Below, in pieces: positions 24,869 to 37,166 of a DNA stretch of 64,000 nt (positions are counted from its first letter, which is position 1; the number at the start of each line of letters is the position of its first letter). The DNA comes from Auanema rhodensis (taxonomy: Eukaryota > Animalia > Nematoda), in the NCBI GenBank assembly GCA_964057225.1, contig OZ059897.1, positions 11,966,001 through 12,030,000 of the forward strand, written 5' to 3'. The notes under the pieces are model-generated. The model did no database searches, was not told the DNA's origin, and saw only the letters and a list, made by a program, of their open reading frames with translations. Both the position numbers and the translations under genes were made by a program.

Positions 24869-26832
24869 GCGTTAGTGTACATAAGTAATTTCTTTTCAAT
24901 TGATTGGACGAATAACTCTCTTAGATTAGGCTTCTTTTATCTTTAGTCCGGCTTCATATGATATAATCCTTTCGAATAAGGTAATTCATATAATTAAAAG
25001 ACCAGAGAAATATATATGTTCGAAATGACATAAGAAGCAAACGTAATGAAAACAGGATTTCTGGTGATTTTCTGGTCATGATGTGATGCGTTCATCATCG
25101 TAATTTCTTAAATCTAGAAAATGTATTTTCTAGAAAAATATATAACTCACTTTTCAATTCGTTATACATATATCAGTACTCAATATTTTACGTTCTCTTA
25201 CAAATGTATATCTCCCTTCCAATTTGCTTGTTGTGCCATTCTCTTTCTCAGCAAGTTGTTGTATTTGATTAGACCGTTCGGTTAAGTAAATATTGAGTAG
25301 AAACATAATGATAGAAAATAGTATCGATTGTTACTGACTTCTGGTCAGAGTATTATCTCAACCATACTGTCTTTTATGTTTCAATGGGGTTGAAATGGTT
25401 TAACAAAAAAAATATTCAATTCGCAAGTATTAATATCTTTTTACAGTTTCAAATGTGTCATAGTGTCGTAGTATGGTCAAGAAGTCCAGAAATGTCCAAC
25501 CAAGTTCATTCTTCTTTTAAAATTAGAAAACTTCGCTTTGCTATTAAGCCGATTGGAAGAAATAGAGGGGCAATTCTAGATAACTTGGATGAAAGAACTT
25601 GAGGACTTGTGATAGAGGGACGCGTCGTCGTTTAAGACGAAACAAAACAGGTTTTAGGCTTGATTTTCTGTTAAATTATGTAGTTTCTTTTATTGCAATA
25701 TTTCCAATATTCGCCTTCATTGAAATTTCTGGGAATATAGCTTAAGAGTCAATTCGTAAATTACAAACTATGACCAATTAAACTGTACTAATGAAAACTG
25801 ATAATGATAAATCAAGCTCCAAGTAGTAAGTAACAATAATTGGAATGATAAGAGAAAGATAAAATCATAGTCATTCTTAGTTTCCAAGAAATACCAAAAA
25901 TCAAGGGTCATTAGCAAAAGGAGTCATAGTTCCATATCATTTGATATCATAGTTAATGCTTAACAGCACAAAATGTTAGAAAAGGACGGAGTTTGCAGTG
26001 AACTTAGGTTCATGATTTTCAAATTAAAATTAAGAATAAGATTTGACATGAACGAACCTGAATGCCAACTCAATATAATAACAACTGCATGATGATACCA
26101 ATGAAGAAAAATGACTTTCTTCTTGCGAAGAATTAAGAATAAGGTATCTCCGAACTCAGCAATTTTGGAGAAACTGAAGAGGCAAGCCCAAAAAGCAGCA
26201 GGTGCTCGTGGATCGACAGAGAAACAAATAGAATCCGTAAAAGGTCTAAATCATAAGGATATATTATTATGAATCACCGAACGATTGAATGTTGAACAAT
26301 AATATATTTGTTTGTAAATAATGAATAAATATAAAAACTTCAAACAGATATAATTGACTATTCAAGAATTCTTTACCTAGTAGTTAATATATTCACAAAT
26401 TCTATTCCGAATCGCCATGTACCCATTATACTGAATACAGCTAAGAAGCCATTCCATGCTAACAATAACCGTCGCATACTGAAAAAGGACAAACACATTA
26501 ACGGAAATGGATAATATTTAAATAGAAGAAGCCTAACAAATGTTTTTCTTTAATTGGGCATATGATAGCATGTAAATAAATATTCTGAGAAAATAGTATT
26601 ACCTGTATGGTTTACGAGATTCCATAAATTTTTGAAGCAAATTAACAATACCAACATAAGCCACCGCAAGCCATATGGATGCACTCCAATGCTTAGCGAA
26701 GAATGTATGTACAGCTACATCATCCCATATCTTCTCAGGACCAAATGCTTCGTACTTATAAGGTGCATAAAGAATGCTAACTCCATTTCCGGTCCATACA
26801 GCATGGTTTCCTTTGTCAACTGCAGCCGACAT
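24256..26832 (-). CDS. elo-9: Fatty acid elongase (ELO/GNS1-SUR4 family)
   Basis: SKIAEFGDTLFLILRKK, FLHWYHH histidine box, MNYFVHSIMYSYY, TALQTAQM. N-terminus (NHAVWTGN, HWSASIW, MGTWRFG) recalls C. elegans ELO-9. One intron of about 1.3 kb (about 24750-26057). Confidence 0.88.
24794..24866. repeat. (AT)n microsatellite in the elo-9 intron
   Basis: Uninterrupted AT dinucleotide run of about 36 units. Confidence 0.97.
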
Positions 26833-29318
26833 AACTTACCTGAAGAAGATATTTCTCTATATTTATACATTTATGGGCACAAACATCAACGTTAAAACAA
26901 GAAACACTTGGCGAATAACGGTAGAGTCATCAAACGAATTTAGATTCACCGAATGATAAAGAAACATAGTCATTATCAAATGATGCACAATAGAAAAAAA
27001 TGATGAAAAGGAAAAGAAACAAAGTGCGGAAAGCTAAGAGAGCTATCTTTAAATATCATTCCTGCATATACAGTTGATAACTGTGCCATCTACTTACACA
27101 TAGGGGTGCGGGTTTTTTCGTGCTGTGTGTAGTGGTTAGCACACCAGCACAGTGGCTCTAGTTGGTCTCTTGTCCTATCGTTTCGTGGGGCCCACCCACC
27201 CTCTTGTCACCCCTATACCCCACCTACCTCTTTCTCTCATACACACAGATATAGACACAGATGTATTGAGCAGAAACGGGACCGATACAAAGAGAGAGAA
27301 AGATGAGAAGAAATAAAGAGAAAAGTGGGGGAGGAAGGTAGACAAGAAAGAGAAAGAGAGGGAAAGGGAGAGAGATAGGGGTATAGAGAGAAAACGAAAT
27401 AAAGCGAAAGAGAAACGAACGAACCGACCATCCCAATCAGCAGCTGAAGCACCGCCTCCTATGGACACCTATGCTAATATCGATTCTAGAAAAAGAGAAA
27501 AGCGCTAGTTTTTGTTAATTTTTTTAAATTCACGTGAAAACTATTTAAACCGTATAAGTCTTTTCAATATATGCTAAATATTTAATTTTTTTTGATATTT
27601 TATTAAAATATTGATTAGGCTCATTATAACTGCATACACCTAATATGTATGGATACTGTCTCATTCAATGAATTGAAACGGAAGCAATTGTAGACAACCA
27701 GGACGATTATATCAATGGTTTTTTGAGTTACTGTACACAACCACTTATCACTATCACTACCAACTGTATCTAATATTGAACCCCATACTAAAAATACTAA
27801 ATTTAAAAAAGATTCTACGATTGATTAAAGAACTTTATAAACTTTAACCCTTGGATGTTTCATGTAATTTAATTCGACTAGTTCTATCCCTTTCTAAAAG
27901 ATATTCTAGGGACTGATACGACCAGAAATGTTTTTGTCTGTTTAAATGTTTAAGTTCCAATGTTCAAGAGTTCTCTTGTAGCCAGGGGAGTTTCACGAAT
28001 TGAATTATGATCAACCTTGTCAAAGGGATGACATCTCAATGTTAAACAACAATATTCTAGCTTGAAACTTGATCGACAAGGTATTGCTGATCTTCAAACA
28101 CTATTGCCTAATCACGACAATAGTCTAGTATGTGAAAAATTGTCGATTATATTACAAAACTTTTAGAAAACAGACATTAAGATGAATCGTAAACACAGAT
28201 AGAATAAAAAAGATTGAGAAGATTGTATTATATTTTTAAAATTTTAGAAACGTCTCTAGAAGATTTCTACTGGTTTTGAGTTAATGACTGTAACTTTCCT
28301 AATGTTACAACTTTGCAACTTAGATTCCGGTCTCAACAAACCGTTATTAGAAACTGAACGTTATGACAGCACAAAAAGATAAGACGATCGGATGGATTCA
28401 ATAAAGAAAAAAAAATATTATTATTGAAAGGGATCATACTCTTAGCTATCATAGAGATACTGATTATAGATTAAAATACGGATGTGGTTTAAATTAAAAT
28501 ACGGATTTCCCTCATCCGTCGGAACTGAGAAATTATAGTTAAAAGCCATTATCAACAACTTATTTTGTTATATACGAACTCATATCAACAGATATGTTAC
28601 AAAACGTGTAGATGAATTGAACATTTTATATTCGATTAATTTACAATGACTGATATGGAAAGTATACCGTTATATCTGCACCTATAAATGTGAAGATAGA
28701 AATTATAACTACAAACGATAAAAACCTTTTTTTAACAATGTAACAAAGTTATACTACTAAACTGTTGCGATGTTGCAGCATAATTTTTATTACGATTTGA
28801 TAATTAAATGTTGATAATTGAAAATATATGCCTATGTCTGAACGTTAATCAGAACGAAATGACTGCAAGTACTTCTGAGGTATTCTAGTTTGGAAAGCAG
28901 GCCCACTTTATCCATACAATCCATGTTTAAATCAATGATTCACAGAATGTATTCCCGACAGAAAACGAACTCTATTTTTTTAAGCAGTAGCGCTGTTCGG
29001 TTGTCCTGACGTTTGTATCTAGGATATTTTTCTAAATGACTAATAATACACTACGAACTCTAAAAATAGCATTATTCTTTAGGCTTCATTACCTTTTTTT
29101 CCCATGATCTTGGACATTTCTGTGCCTTATTATTTATTTCGTTCAAATAGCTTGATCATATCAATGGTGCACTTCATGTGTAGTTTATATATTTTCAATT
29201 CAACGGCTGTAATATCAAAAATTCAGCTGAATAAGCAGTTCTTTCAATTTATTTTTTTAATTATGTTTGATGCTTATACTAGGCAATTTTTGAATTTATT
29301 CCGATTTTTCATTTTTTG

Positions 29319-32257
29319 ATGTCCAAAAACGATGAACTCTACTATGAAGTCGCTGAAGTTCTAAGGAAAGTTTCGGAAAAAGAAAAAAGTCTTCAAAATG
29401 CAGTTTACGCCAGTTACTATAAGGTTTGTTTTTTTAATTTGATAGAAACATAAACTTATTTTTATATTTCTTTTTGTATATCCTTGATTCTTGTTCTTTC
29501 TCGTGTTATTTTGTTTCTTTCAATTACATCTTAAACGGTAAAAGGTTCAAGGTTTAATGGAGGGAGAAAACGACGATATTAATCCCAAATGTAACCCCTT
29601 TGGTACCCGTTATCTTGAAGACGAGGCTAAAGTATGGGAACATAATGCATGGGATAATGTGGAATGGAGTGAGGAAATGGAAGAGCAAGCAAAGCAGATT
29701 ATCGAACGCCAAAAGGTGGAAAAAGTTCATGATGATCGTGCTTCGGAGTTGTTATCGTGTCCTGCTCAACAATGGGACTCCTTCTATCAGCAACATGCTG
29801 ACAATTTTTTCAAAGACCGAAATTGGCTTTTGAAAGAATTTCAAGAACTGGACATGCAATATCACAAAGGAGTTAGTTGCAAGCCTCTTTCTTACAGTAA
29901 ATCCAGTCGAGTTTTCCAGGAAACTCCTGTGCGAGTACTTGAAGTTGGATGCGGCGTGGGTAATACCACATTTCCGTTAAAAGACTGGGATTATGATAAG
30001 AAGATGTTCCTGTATAGTTGCGATTATTCTCAAGTTGCCGTTGATGTCTTGAAAAAGCAGGAAAAGTACGATCCCAATTCTATGCTATGTTTCCAGTGGG
30101 ATATTACTCAACCTCCAGTTCCTGAAGCTCCAAAAGCGGGGTCTCTCGATTTCGTTGTTTGTGTTTATGTATTATCTGCTATTCATCCCTCTAAAATTAA
30201 TGACGCTGTAAAACACCTTGTATCTCTCTTAAAACCTGGAGGAATGTTGATGCTTAAAGATTATGGTCGCTTTGATTTAACCCAGCTTAGGTTTAAGAAG
30301 GATAGATATATTGAAGAAAATCTATATTGTCGTGGTGATGGGACTTTGGTTTATTTTTTTGATCAAAATGAGTTGGACCAACTATTATGTAATGCTGGTT
30401 TAACCAAAATTATGAATATCGTTGATAAGAGATTAATTGTTAACAGAGCAAAGCAAGTTAAAATGTACAGGCAGTGGCTACAACTGAAGTATGTGAAACC
30501 TGTATGAGGTTATCTCTTGTTATTTGTTGTTATGTTGCCTTGTTGTTTTATAATTTGAAAACTATTAAAAATTTAACGAAAATTCCTTTTGTTTTATTAA
30601 GAATTTCAGAACAAGAAGACTTTGTTAAAGGTAGCATGTGAAACATTGAAGTTCCAGTCCGTTTTCGATGAAATCATCAAGGTATGATTGGATCTAGGGT
30701 TTGAGTAGTTTTCTGACGATAATTATTTGCTTAGAATCCATCTTTAAAAGTTATTCGAGTTGATCCGATGGTTAAAGGAAACCGCTTTTTACTTTATGCC
30801 TTATTGTATGATTACTTAGCAGGATCAGGATTAAATAGGGTTTTTCTAGCATCAATATAATATATTTAAAAAAATTTTTTCAAGGTTTCTCCTAAATTGA
30901 GATCTCTAATAATGACACATGGAAAGGAAATTAAAGATCAGGTATTTCATTCATATTTTTATTGCAATGTAAAGAAGGATTAAGGAAAAATTATTAGCTG
31001 AGGAAGGTAAAGGTATTTCTGCTATTCGAGATGCTGAAAAGAACAAAAAGGTATTTTTTCCTTTTTAAGGCGTTTTAAATTTTTATTTTTTAGAAAATTA
31101 AAATTCCAAGATATGCTCGTATTAATACTATAAAATGGAGCAAAGATGATGCTTTAAAATCGTTGACTGATGAAAATTGGAAGGTTTAGTGTTTCGATTT
31201 ATTTCTCTATTGTTGTTATTTAGGTATTAGAATTAGAAGAAGGAGATGATTTAGCGAAATGCATTGATGAACAAAAAGATGATGAAGTCATCCTTGATCC
31301 ACATGTTGAAAATTTGCTTTTATTTCCATTTATTGCTGATTTTCATACATATTGGATGGTTACAGATAGATATTTAATATTACAAGATAAAGTATGTTTA
31401 AGTTCTATTACCAAGTTCATATTATCAAACCTAGGCTTCTTGTTTACCTGCTTTTCTGCTTAATCCTGAAAAGGGATCCGACGTTTTTGATACATGTGCT
31501 GCTCCAGGAAATAAGACCAGTCATGCTGCAGCAATTATGGGCAATGAAGGGTACGATATATTATTAAAAATTGTCTATAAATATTATTTCAGAAACATTT
31601 TTGCCATGGATCGTGATAAAGAGAGAGTTGAAGTTATGAATAAATTGTTGGAACAATCGGGCGTCAAATGCGCTCAAGTGACGAATGGTGATTTCCTTCG
31701 TATAGATGTCAATAATAAAAAATATGCAGACGTAATTATATTTCTTACTGCATAGAAAACATTTTTTGAATTTTAGGTTAAATTTGCTATTGTTGACCCA
31801 CCCTGCTCTGGTTCAGGAATAGTCAAGAGATTAGATGAACTAACAGGTGGTAGAAATGATGAAGATCGATTACAAAAATTAAGAAATCTCCAGGTAAATT
31901 AGAAGTTTTTTAATTTGATTTTTTAATTTTTTAATATTGAAGAGTATGATTCTTAAACATGCTATGAAATTTCCAAATTTGAATAGAGTAGTGTACTCGA
32001 CATGTTCTCTACATGAAGAAGAAAATGAACAAGTTGTTGAAGAGGTAACATATGCTTCATTGTATTCTTTAAAGTTTTAATTTAAGGTCTTGAATGATAC
32101 ATATGTACGGGAACACTTCCGTATTTGCGATAACCTTTTACCGAGTTGGAAATCTCGCGGACATTCCAAATATGAAGATGGACCATTCTGTCTTAGAGCT
32201 AATCCTGAAGTAACACGTACGAATGGATTTTTCGTTGCCATGTTTGAAAGAAAATAG
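29319..32257 (+). CDS. nsun-5: Large-subunit rRNA m5C methyltransferase NSUN5
   Basis: Exon 1 (29319-29423) [35 protein letters not shown] joins exon 2 (from 30610) [15 protein letters not shown]. Then [60 protein letters not shown]. Intron 1 (29424-30609) contains another gene. Confidence 0.93.
29557..30507 (+). CDS. metl-2: METTL2-type tRNA N3-methylcytidine methyltransferase, nested in nsun-5 intron 1
   Basis: [19 protein letters not shown] (METTL2-type N-terminus), [70 protein letters not shown]. One probable stop-free 48-nt intron at 29872-29919. Confidence 0.93.
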   Translation: MEGENDDINPKCNPFGTRYLEDEAKVWEHNAWDNVEWSEEMEEQAKQIIERQKVEKVHDDRASELLSCPAQQWDSFYQQHADNFFKDRNWLLKEFQELDMQYHKGVSCKPLSYSKSSRVFQETPVRVLEVGCGVGNTTFPLKDWDYDKKMFLYSCDYSQVAVDVLKKQEKYDPNSMLCFQWDITQPPVPEAPKAGSLDFVVCVYVLSAIHPSKINDAVKHLVSLLKPGGMLMLKDYGRFDLTQLRFKKDRYIEENLYCRGDGTLVYFFDQNELDQLLCNAGLTKIMNIVDKRLIVNRAKQVKMYRQWLQLKYVKPV

Positions 32258-32610
32258 GTTTTTAAATTGTTAAGTTTCCATTGTTTCTGTTATTGTTATT
32301 GATTAAAATTGTTTGGCTCCCTTTACATTCTTCTGTTTTAATTGTCGTTTTCAATGACTTCAATGATTGCCCTCTTTGACCGTATCATATTAAAACTTCT
32401 AAGAGTATACTACTCAAAAAGGGTTAAAGGAAGGAAATAATTCTGACTATATATAGATGAACGTTATGAGGAAGTTGAAAAAAATCTTTTCGTAGCTCAG
32501 AAAGGGTTTTCTTTGTCTGAAAGGAAATTTCGTTCTTCGAAATAGTTTTAACCGAAAATAAAGTTAAACAAGTTTGTGACTCCAAATACTTCAACGATTT
32601 CCCAAGACCC

Positions 32611-32639
32611 GGGTAATTGAGTGTGCTTTTCAATTACCC
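32611..32639. promoter_or_regulatory. Perfect inverted repeat with two TAATTG homeodomain cores upstream of nmr-1
   Basis: GGGTAATTGA-(9 nt)-TCAATTACCC, about 170 bp upstream of the nmr-1 ATG. Confidence 0.4.
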
Positions 32640-32811
32640 TGCTTAGACGAGAAGTTAGCTCATTGCCTCATCGTATGAAGCTATTCAACCTGACTAGTGG
32701 TTGTGCATCTTCTAAGCCTTCTTCTTAGCAATCCAATCATCTAAAACACGTAAGGACAGCCATCATTTTTCTTTTACTTGATGTTCTACAGCTAACAAAC
32801 GCCTAAATTCA

Positions 32812-34686
32812 ATGTATTTTATATTATATCTATTACTAATATTCCTATCTGTTATAATAAATGCTTCAAATGTATTTAAAATTTCTGTTTTAATTTTTGC
32901 TGAGGGTCATTTTGAAGATACTGTGGATTCAGTAAAAGTAATTACTTTTATTTAAATAAATTTAATGAAAAAATACTTTTAGAGTTCATATGAAGAAATA
33001 TTTCAATCAGCTAATTATACAATTGGAACTTATTCAATTATGCCTGAATATGTAGATGGTGGTACATTAAATCATAGAAGGTATATTATATATAAAATAT
33101 TTAAAAAATAATAATTATTGAAGAAGTAGAAATCGTCTTGATTTAACAAATGAAGTGGTATGCCATAAACTTCTTAATAACTCTTTAGCCACAGTTATAT
33201 ATGCTTCATCCTTAAGAAGGTTTATAAAATTGCCAGAATATGTTTAAACTTTAAAATAATTTATTCAGAGAATCACATGAATTATACTTATCATTAGCAA
33301 AATCAACATCGTATGCTTTAGCTTTTTATCAACTTCCTGCTATTGGTGTGATGGTGAGAGAAGCCGAATTTAGTAAAAAGGTTCAAAAAAAGTTCCTGAA
33401 TCAAAACTAAACAAGTTTATTTAGAGAGTTTATAAAACGTTTATACGATCATCTCCAGCATTTTCGGATGAATCATACGTGTTCATGCACTTATTAACTC
33501 GATTGAATTATAGACAGGCATTGAATTCGCTAAATTCATTCCAAATTAATCTGCAATTCTAGGTAGTTGTTGTTAGTGTACGTGGTGATCCTAATGGAAA
33601 TCAATTTGTTGAAATGTTTGAAGAAAAACGATTTAAATACAAAATTCATGTAAAAACATATTTAATACAAAAGAATAAAATAATATTTTATCTTTCAGGT
33701 ACAAAGATATGTTGAAATAGAGATTAATGATGCATTAAATGTTACAATCATGGATCAATTTGAAGAAGTTACTTCAAATATAATAATTCTTTATGCTAAG
33801 TATTACTATTTCCCTTTTTTTAATCATCAATACGTTTTTTTCTTTTAGTCTATTGGATGCTGAAGCAATTTTCGAAGCAGCGAACGAGCTGACTGGAGCC
33901 GGTCGCGTTTGGATTGTGAACGAGCAAGCTAGTAGAGCACGAAACGTTCCAAATGGTTTTCCAAATAAAAGAAATATATTATGTTTATGTTGTTCAGGAT
34001 CTTTGGCAAGTCGTTTATCTCAAAGTCCAGTCTCAGCACTACGGACATCTTTTGAAATTTTAAAGAATGGACTTGAATTTTTGAAAACATTAAATGAAAC
34101 AATCAAGCCTCCTACAAGCTGTAGACGAGAGCATGTTCACTCATCTTGGATAGAAACACATGGACCAATGTTCTATAAGTAAATATAAGTTATCAATTAT
34201 TATATTGGAATATTATTATTTTCAGAACAATCTGTAATACTTCTACTAATAAAATAGAATTTAATGATAAATGTGAGCGTATTAGTGTTAATTATGATAT
34301 TGTTAATTTCAATGAAGAATCAATAGATGTTGGCACATTGGTAATAATATTATTATTATTATTATTGATCATTGATTATATTATTAAAGCTTGGAAATCA
34401 TCTTCGTTTAAATGAGGATTTAATTCATTGGAACGGTGATAAGAAACCTTTGGAAATTTCATTACCAAAACATTTGCGAGCTGTTACAGTTAATGTGAGA
34501 AATTTATTTTATGAAAAATAAAAATATTTTTTTCAGGATCCTCCATTTGTTTATATTACTCCAACTATACATCTAAGTGAATGTAAAAATCTTGGAATTA
34601 TTCCTATTGCTTTAAGTGGAAAAGAAATGATTAATGTGGTAAAATATATTAAAATAAATAATAATAATAATATTATTTATATTATA

Positions 34687-34723
<37 letters not shown>

Positions 34724-37166
34724 GCCAGGACCATGGTATCCATGTCCTAAATTCTCATTTAACTACACTGCTCACTATTGTTGTGCAGGTTATGCTATCG
34801 ACTTACTATCAAATCTTTCAATATCCGAGGTTTTTTTCAAATTATTATATACAGTTTTCTATTTCTAATACAACTTTAGGTTAATTCGAGTATGGATACA
34901 AGTTTTACATTTTCACTTCATTTAAATGATAGTTATGGATCAGTATTATTATCAGATGATGTATTATATTTTAATTTAATTAATTATAAAATAATAATAA
35001 TAATATAAATTATAGATGGGATTTTATTTGACTGGAGCATTAGGAGAGCTTGATAGTGATATTGCTGATTTAGCTATAGGTGGTATGACAATAAATCCAG
35101 AAAGAGAGAGATATATTGACTTTTCTGAGCCATGGCTATATCATGGTATACGAATTCTGGAGAAAACAGTAAAAATAATTCTGATAATCTATTATGTATT
35201 AAAAAATAATTATTTAGATACCAAGAGATTCACCAATGCAATCTTTCTTACAACCATTAAAATCATCTTTATGGACAGCTTTATTAATTTCTGTTTTATT
35301 AGTTGGTTTAGCAATTTATAATTTGGATAAAAATTCACCATTTAACAAATATCATAAGGTATAAATACTTAATTATTATTTAAATAATAAAATATTTTAT
35401 AAAGATTATAAGGAAAAATGAACCAAGAGCCAATTTATTTGAAGATGGACATGAAAATCAACGTGTATCTTTCGAAGAAGCAATGTGGTTTGTATGGGGT
35501 GTTTTACTCAACAGTGGTGTTTCAGAAAGTATGAAAAACTTTAATATTCGTTTCATTATTTCTATATTCCTTTATATTTTAAGAAACTCCTAGTAGTATA
35601 TCTGCTCGTGTACTTGGTATAGTATGGTGTGGATTTTGTATGATTATGGTTGCTTCATATACTGCCAATTTGGCCGCTTTTCTTGTATTAGATCAACCAG
35701 AGAAGGGCTTATCTGGAATAACTGATCCAAGGGTTTTTCTAAAAACAAATGAAAAATATAATAATAATGTTCTTATAGTTACGTAATCCATCAGCCAATT
35801 TTTCTTTTGGAACGGTTTTAAATTCAAATGTGTATCAATACTTTAAACGACATGTAGAATTATCTACAATGTTTAGAAAGATGGAAGCTCATAATGTGAA
35901 ACATGTATCATATGCAATTGATGCTTTGATTAACGGGTATAAACCTATATTCATATTTATAATATAATATTTTGAATATTATAGGTCATTAGATGCTTTT
36001 ATTTGGGATTCCACTAGGCTAGACTTTGAAGCAGCAAGACATTGTGAACTAAGAACAAGGTAAAGTTATAAAGTCATTTCTCAGCTGTTTAGCATCCAAA
36101 ATTCAATTTTAGAGGAGCTTTGTTTGGCCGAAGTGCGTATGGTATTGGTTTACAGAAGAATAGTCCATGGACTCCACATATTACATCAGCTATACTAAGA
36201 CTTACAGAAAGTTTGTTATACATTAACTATAATCATGCTGTATGAATAATAGAAATTTTTAAAATTTATATATTAATATTGATTTAAATCATCTTTTAAG
36301 GTGGAATTATGGAACAATTAGATGCAAAATGGATTGATAATTCAGAATCAAAATGTGTCATAGAAGTACACAAATCACCTGCTAGATTAGGATTAATGAA
36401 TATGAAAGTGATTCTGTTATTTTATTTATCTTAACTATATGTTTCTTCTTTAAAGGATGTTTTCATTTTGGTTAGTGGAGGTGTTGCAGCTGGAGCAATC
36501 TTCAGTGTAATAGAGGTTACGTATGGTCGCCGGAAGGCAGCGAATGGGTCGGTCAGCTAATGCTTATCATTTTTCCAAATAAGAACTAGTCAATACTTTT
36601 AGAAGAAAGAGAGCTCTTGCGATGAGATATGTGGAGAAGTGGAAAGCATTCGTTTACGGTAGATCTCGTCATTCATTTTATAATCTGTCACGACCACTTA
36701 TACGTCGAGCAGTTGGCGGTATAGAATCGATTAATTTAAATGTAAAGTTGAATGATTTTACCGTTTAATTGAAATTTTTTTTATAGAGCATACTATTTCC
36801 TCTACAAGATCATAATCTTCCATGTAGCAGTTCAAACATTGATCCTAGTAGCTTTAGACCAAATCTGAATTTTGGAAGAGATCCTGTAATGGTGTTCTGT
36901 AGCCGATGCCGAGTAAATGATTTTCCGCATCTGTTGGCTTTACTTTTACATCCTATTTTCAGAATTTGGTTGAGACAGATCTTCAACGTGAAGCAGGGCT
37001 TTTTGCTTATTTCTGCTCATTTTTGTTCATTTTGTTTCTATTATGGCCTTGTTCTCCAATACCATGTTATATGGATTGTTTTTGTGATTTTGTTCATGTT
37101 TGTCCATCATGCTCTCATCCTATAGGTCGATATCGAAAGTTTCGAAGTCCAAAATTTTTTGTATAA
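32812..37166 (+). CDS. nmr-1: NMDA-type glutamate receptor subunit GluN1 with C-terminal LITAF domain
   Basis: Signal peptide; [10 protein letters not shown]; [16 protein letters not shown]; M2 [12 protein letters not shown]; M3 SYTANLAAF; GITDPRLRNP; AFIWDSTRL; [16 protein letters not shown]. Spliced tail CSRC..HVCPSC ends FFV*. GC-AG intron at 33518-33562. Confidence 0.95.
34687..34722. repeat. (TAT)n microsatellite in an nmr-1 intron
   Basis: About 12 TAT units just before the tag acceptor; source of the poly-Tyr in ORF 34627-34884. Confidence 0.9.

Noticed and set aside
24870-25640. Possible nested gene or transposon remnant in the large elo-9 intron (ORF 25384-25602)
   Set aside because: No terminal repeats, transposase motifs or consistent spliced frame found.
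27120-27150. Hairpin GTGCTG-TGTG..CACA-C-CAGCAC with a tRNA D-arm/A-box-like GTGTAGTGGTTAGCAC
   Set aside because: No B-box, cloverleaf or downstream T-run terminator; too short for a tRNA or stem-bulge RNA. Probably part of the elo-9 upstream region.
27175-27468. Phe/Leu/Ser-rich ORFs here and at 56424-56630, 58562-58816 and 62252-62458
   Set aside because: Translations of GA/CT low-complexity tracts, not genes.
27640-28400. Exon-like fragments with splice signals on both strands
   Set aside because: Stops or frameshifts in every attempted model and no recognisable family; at most pseudogene debris.
32625-32650. Resemblance of TTCAATTACCC to the SL1 leader
   Set aside because: Only an 8-nt core matches; no splice donor or Sm site follows.
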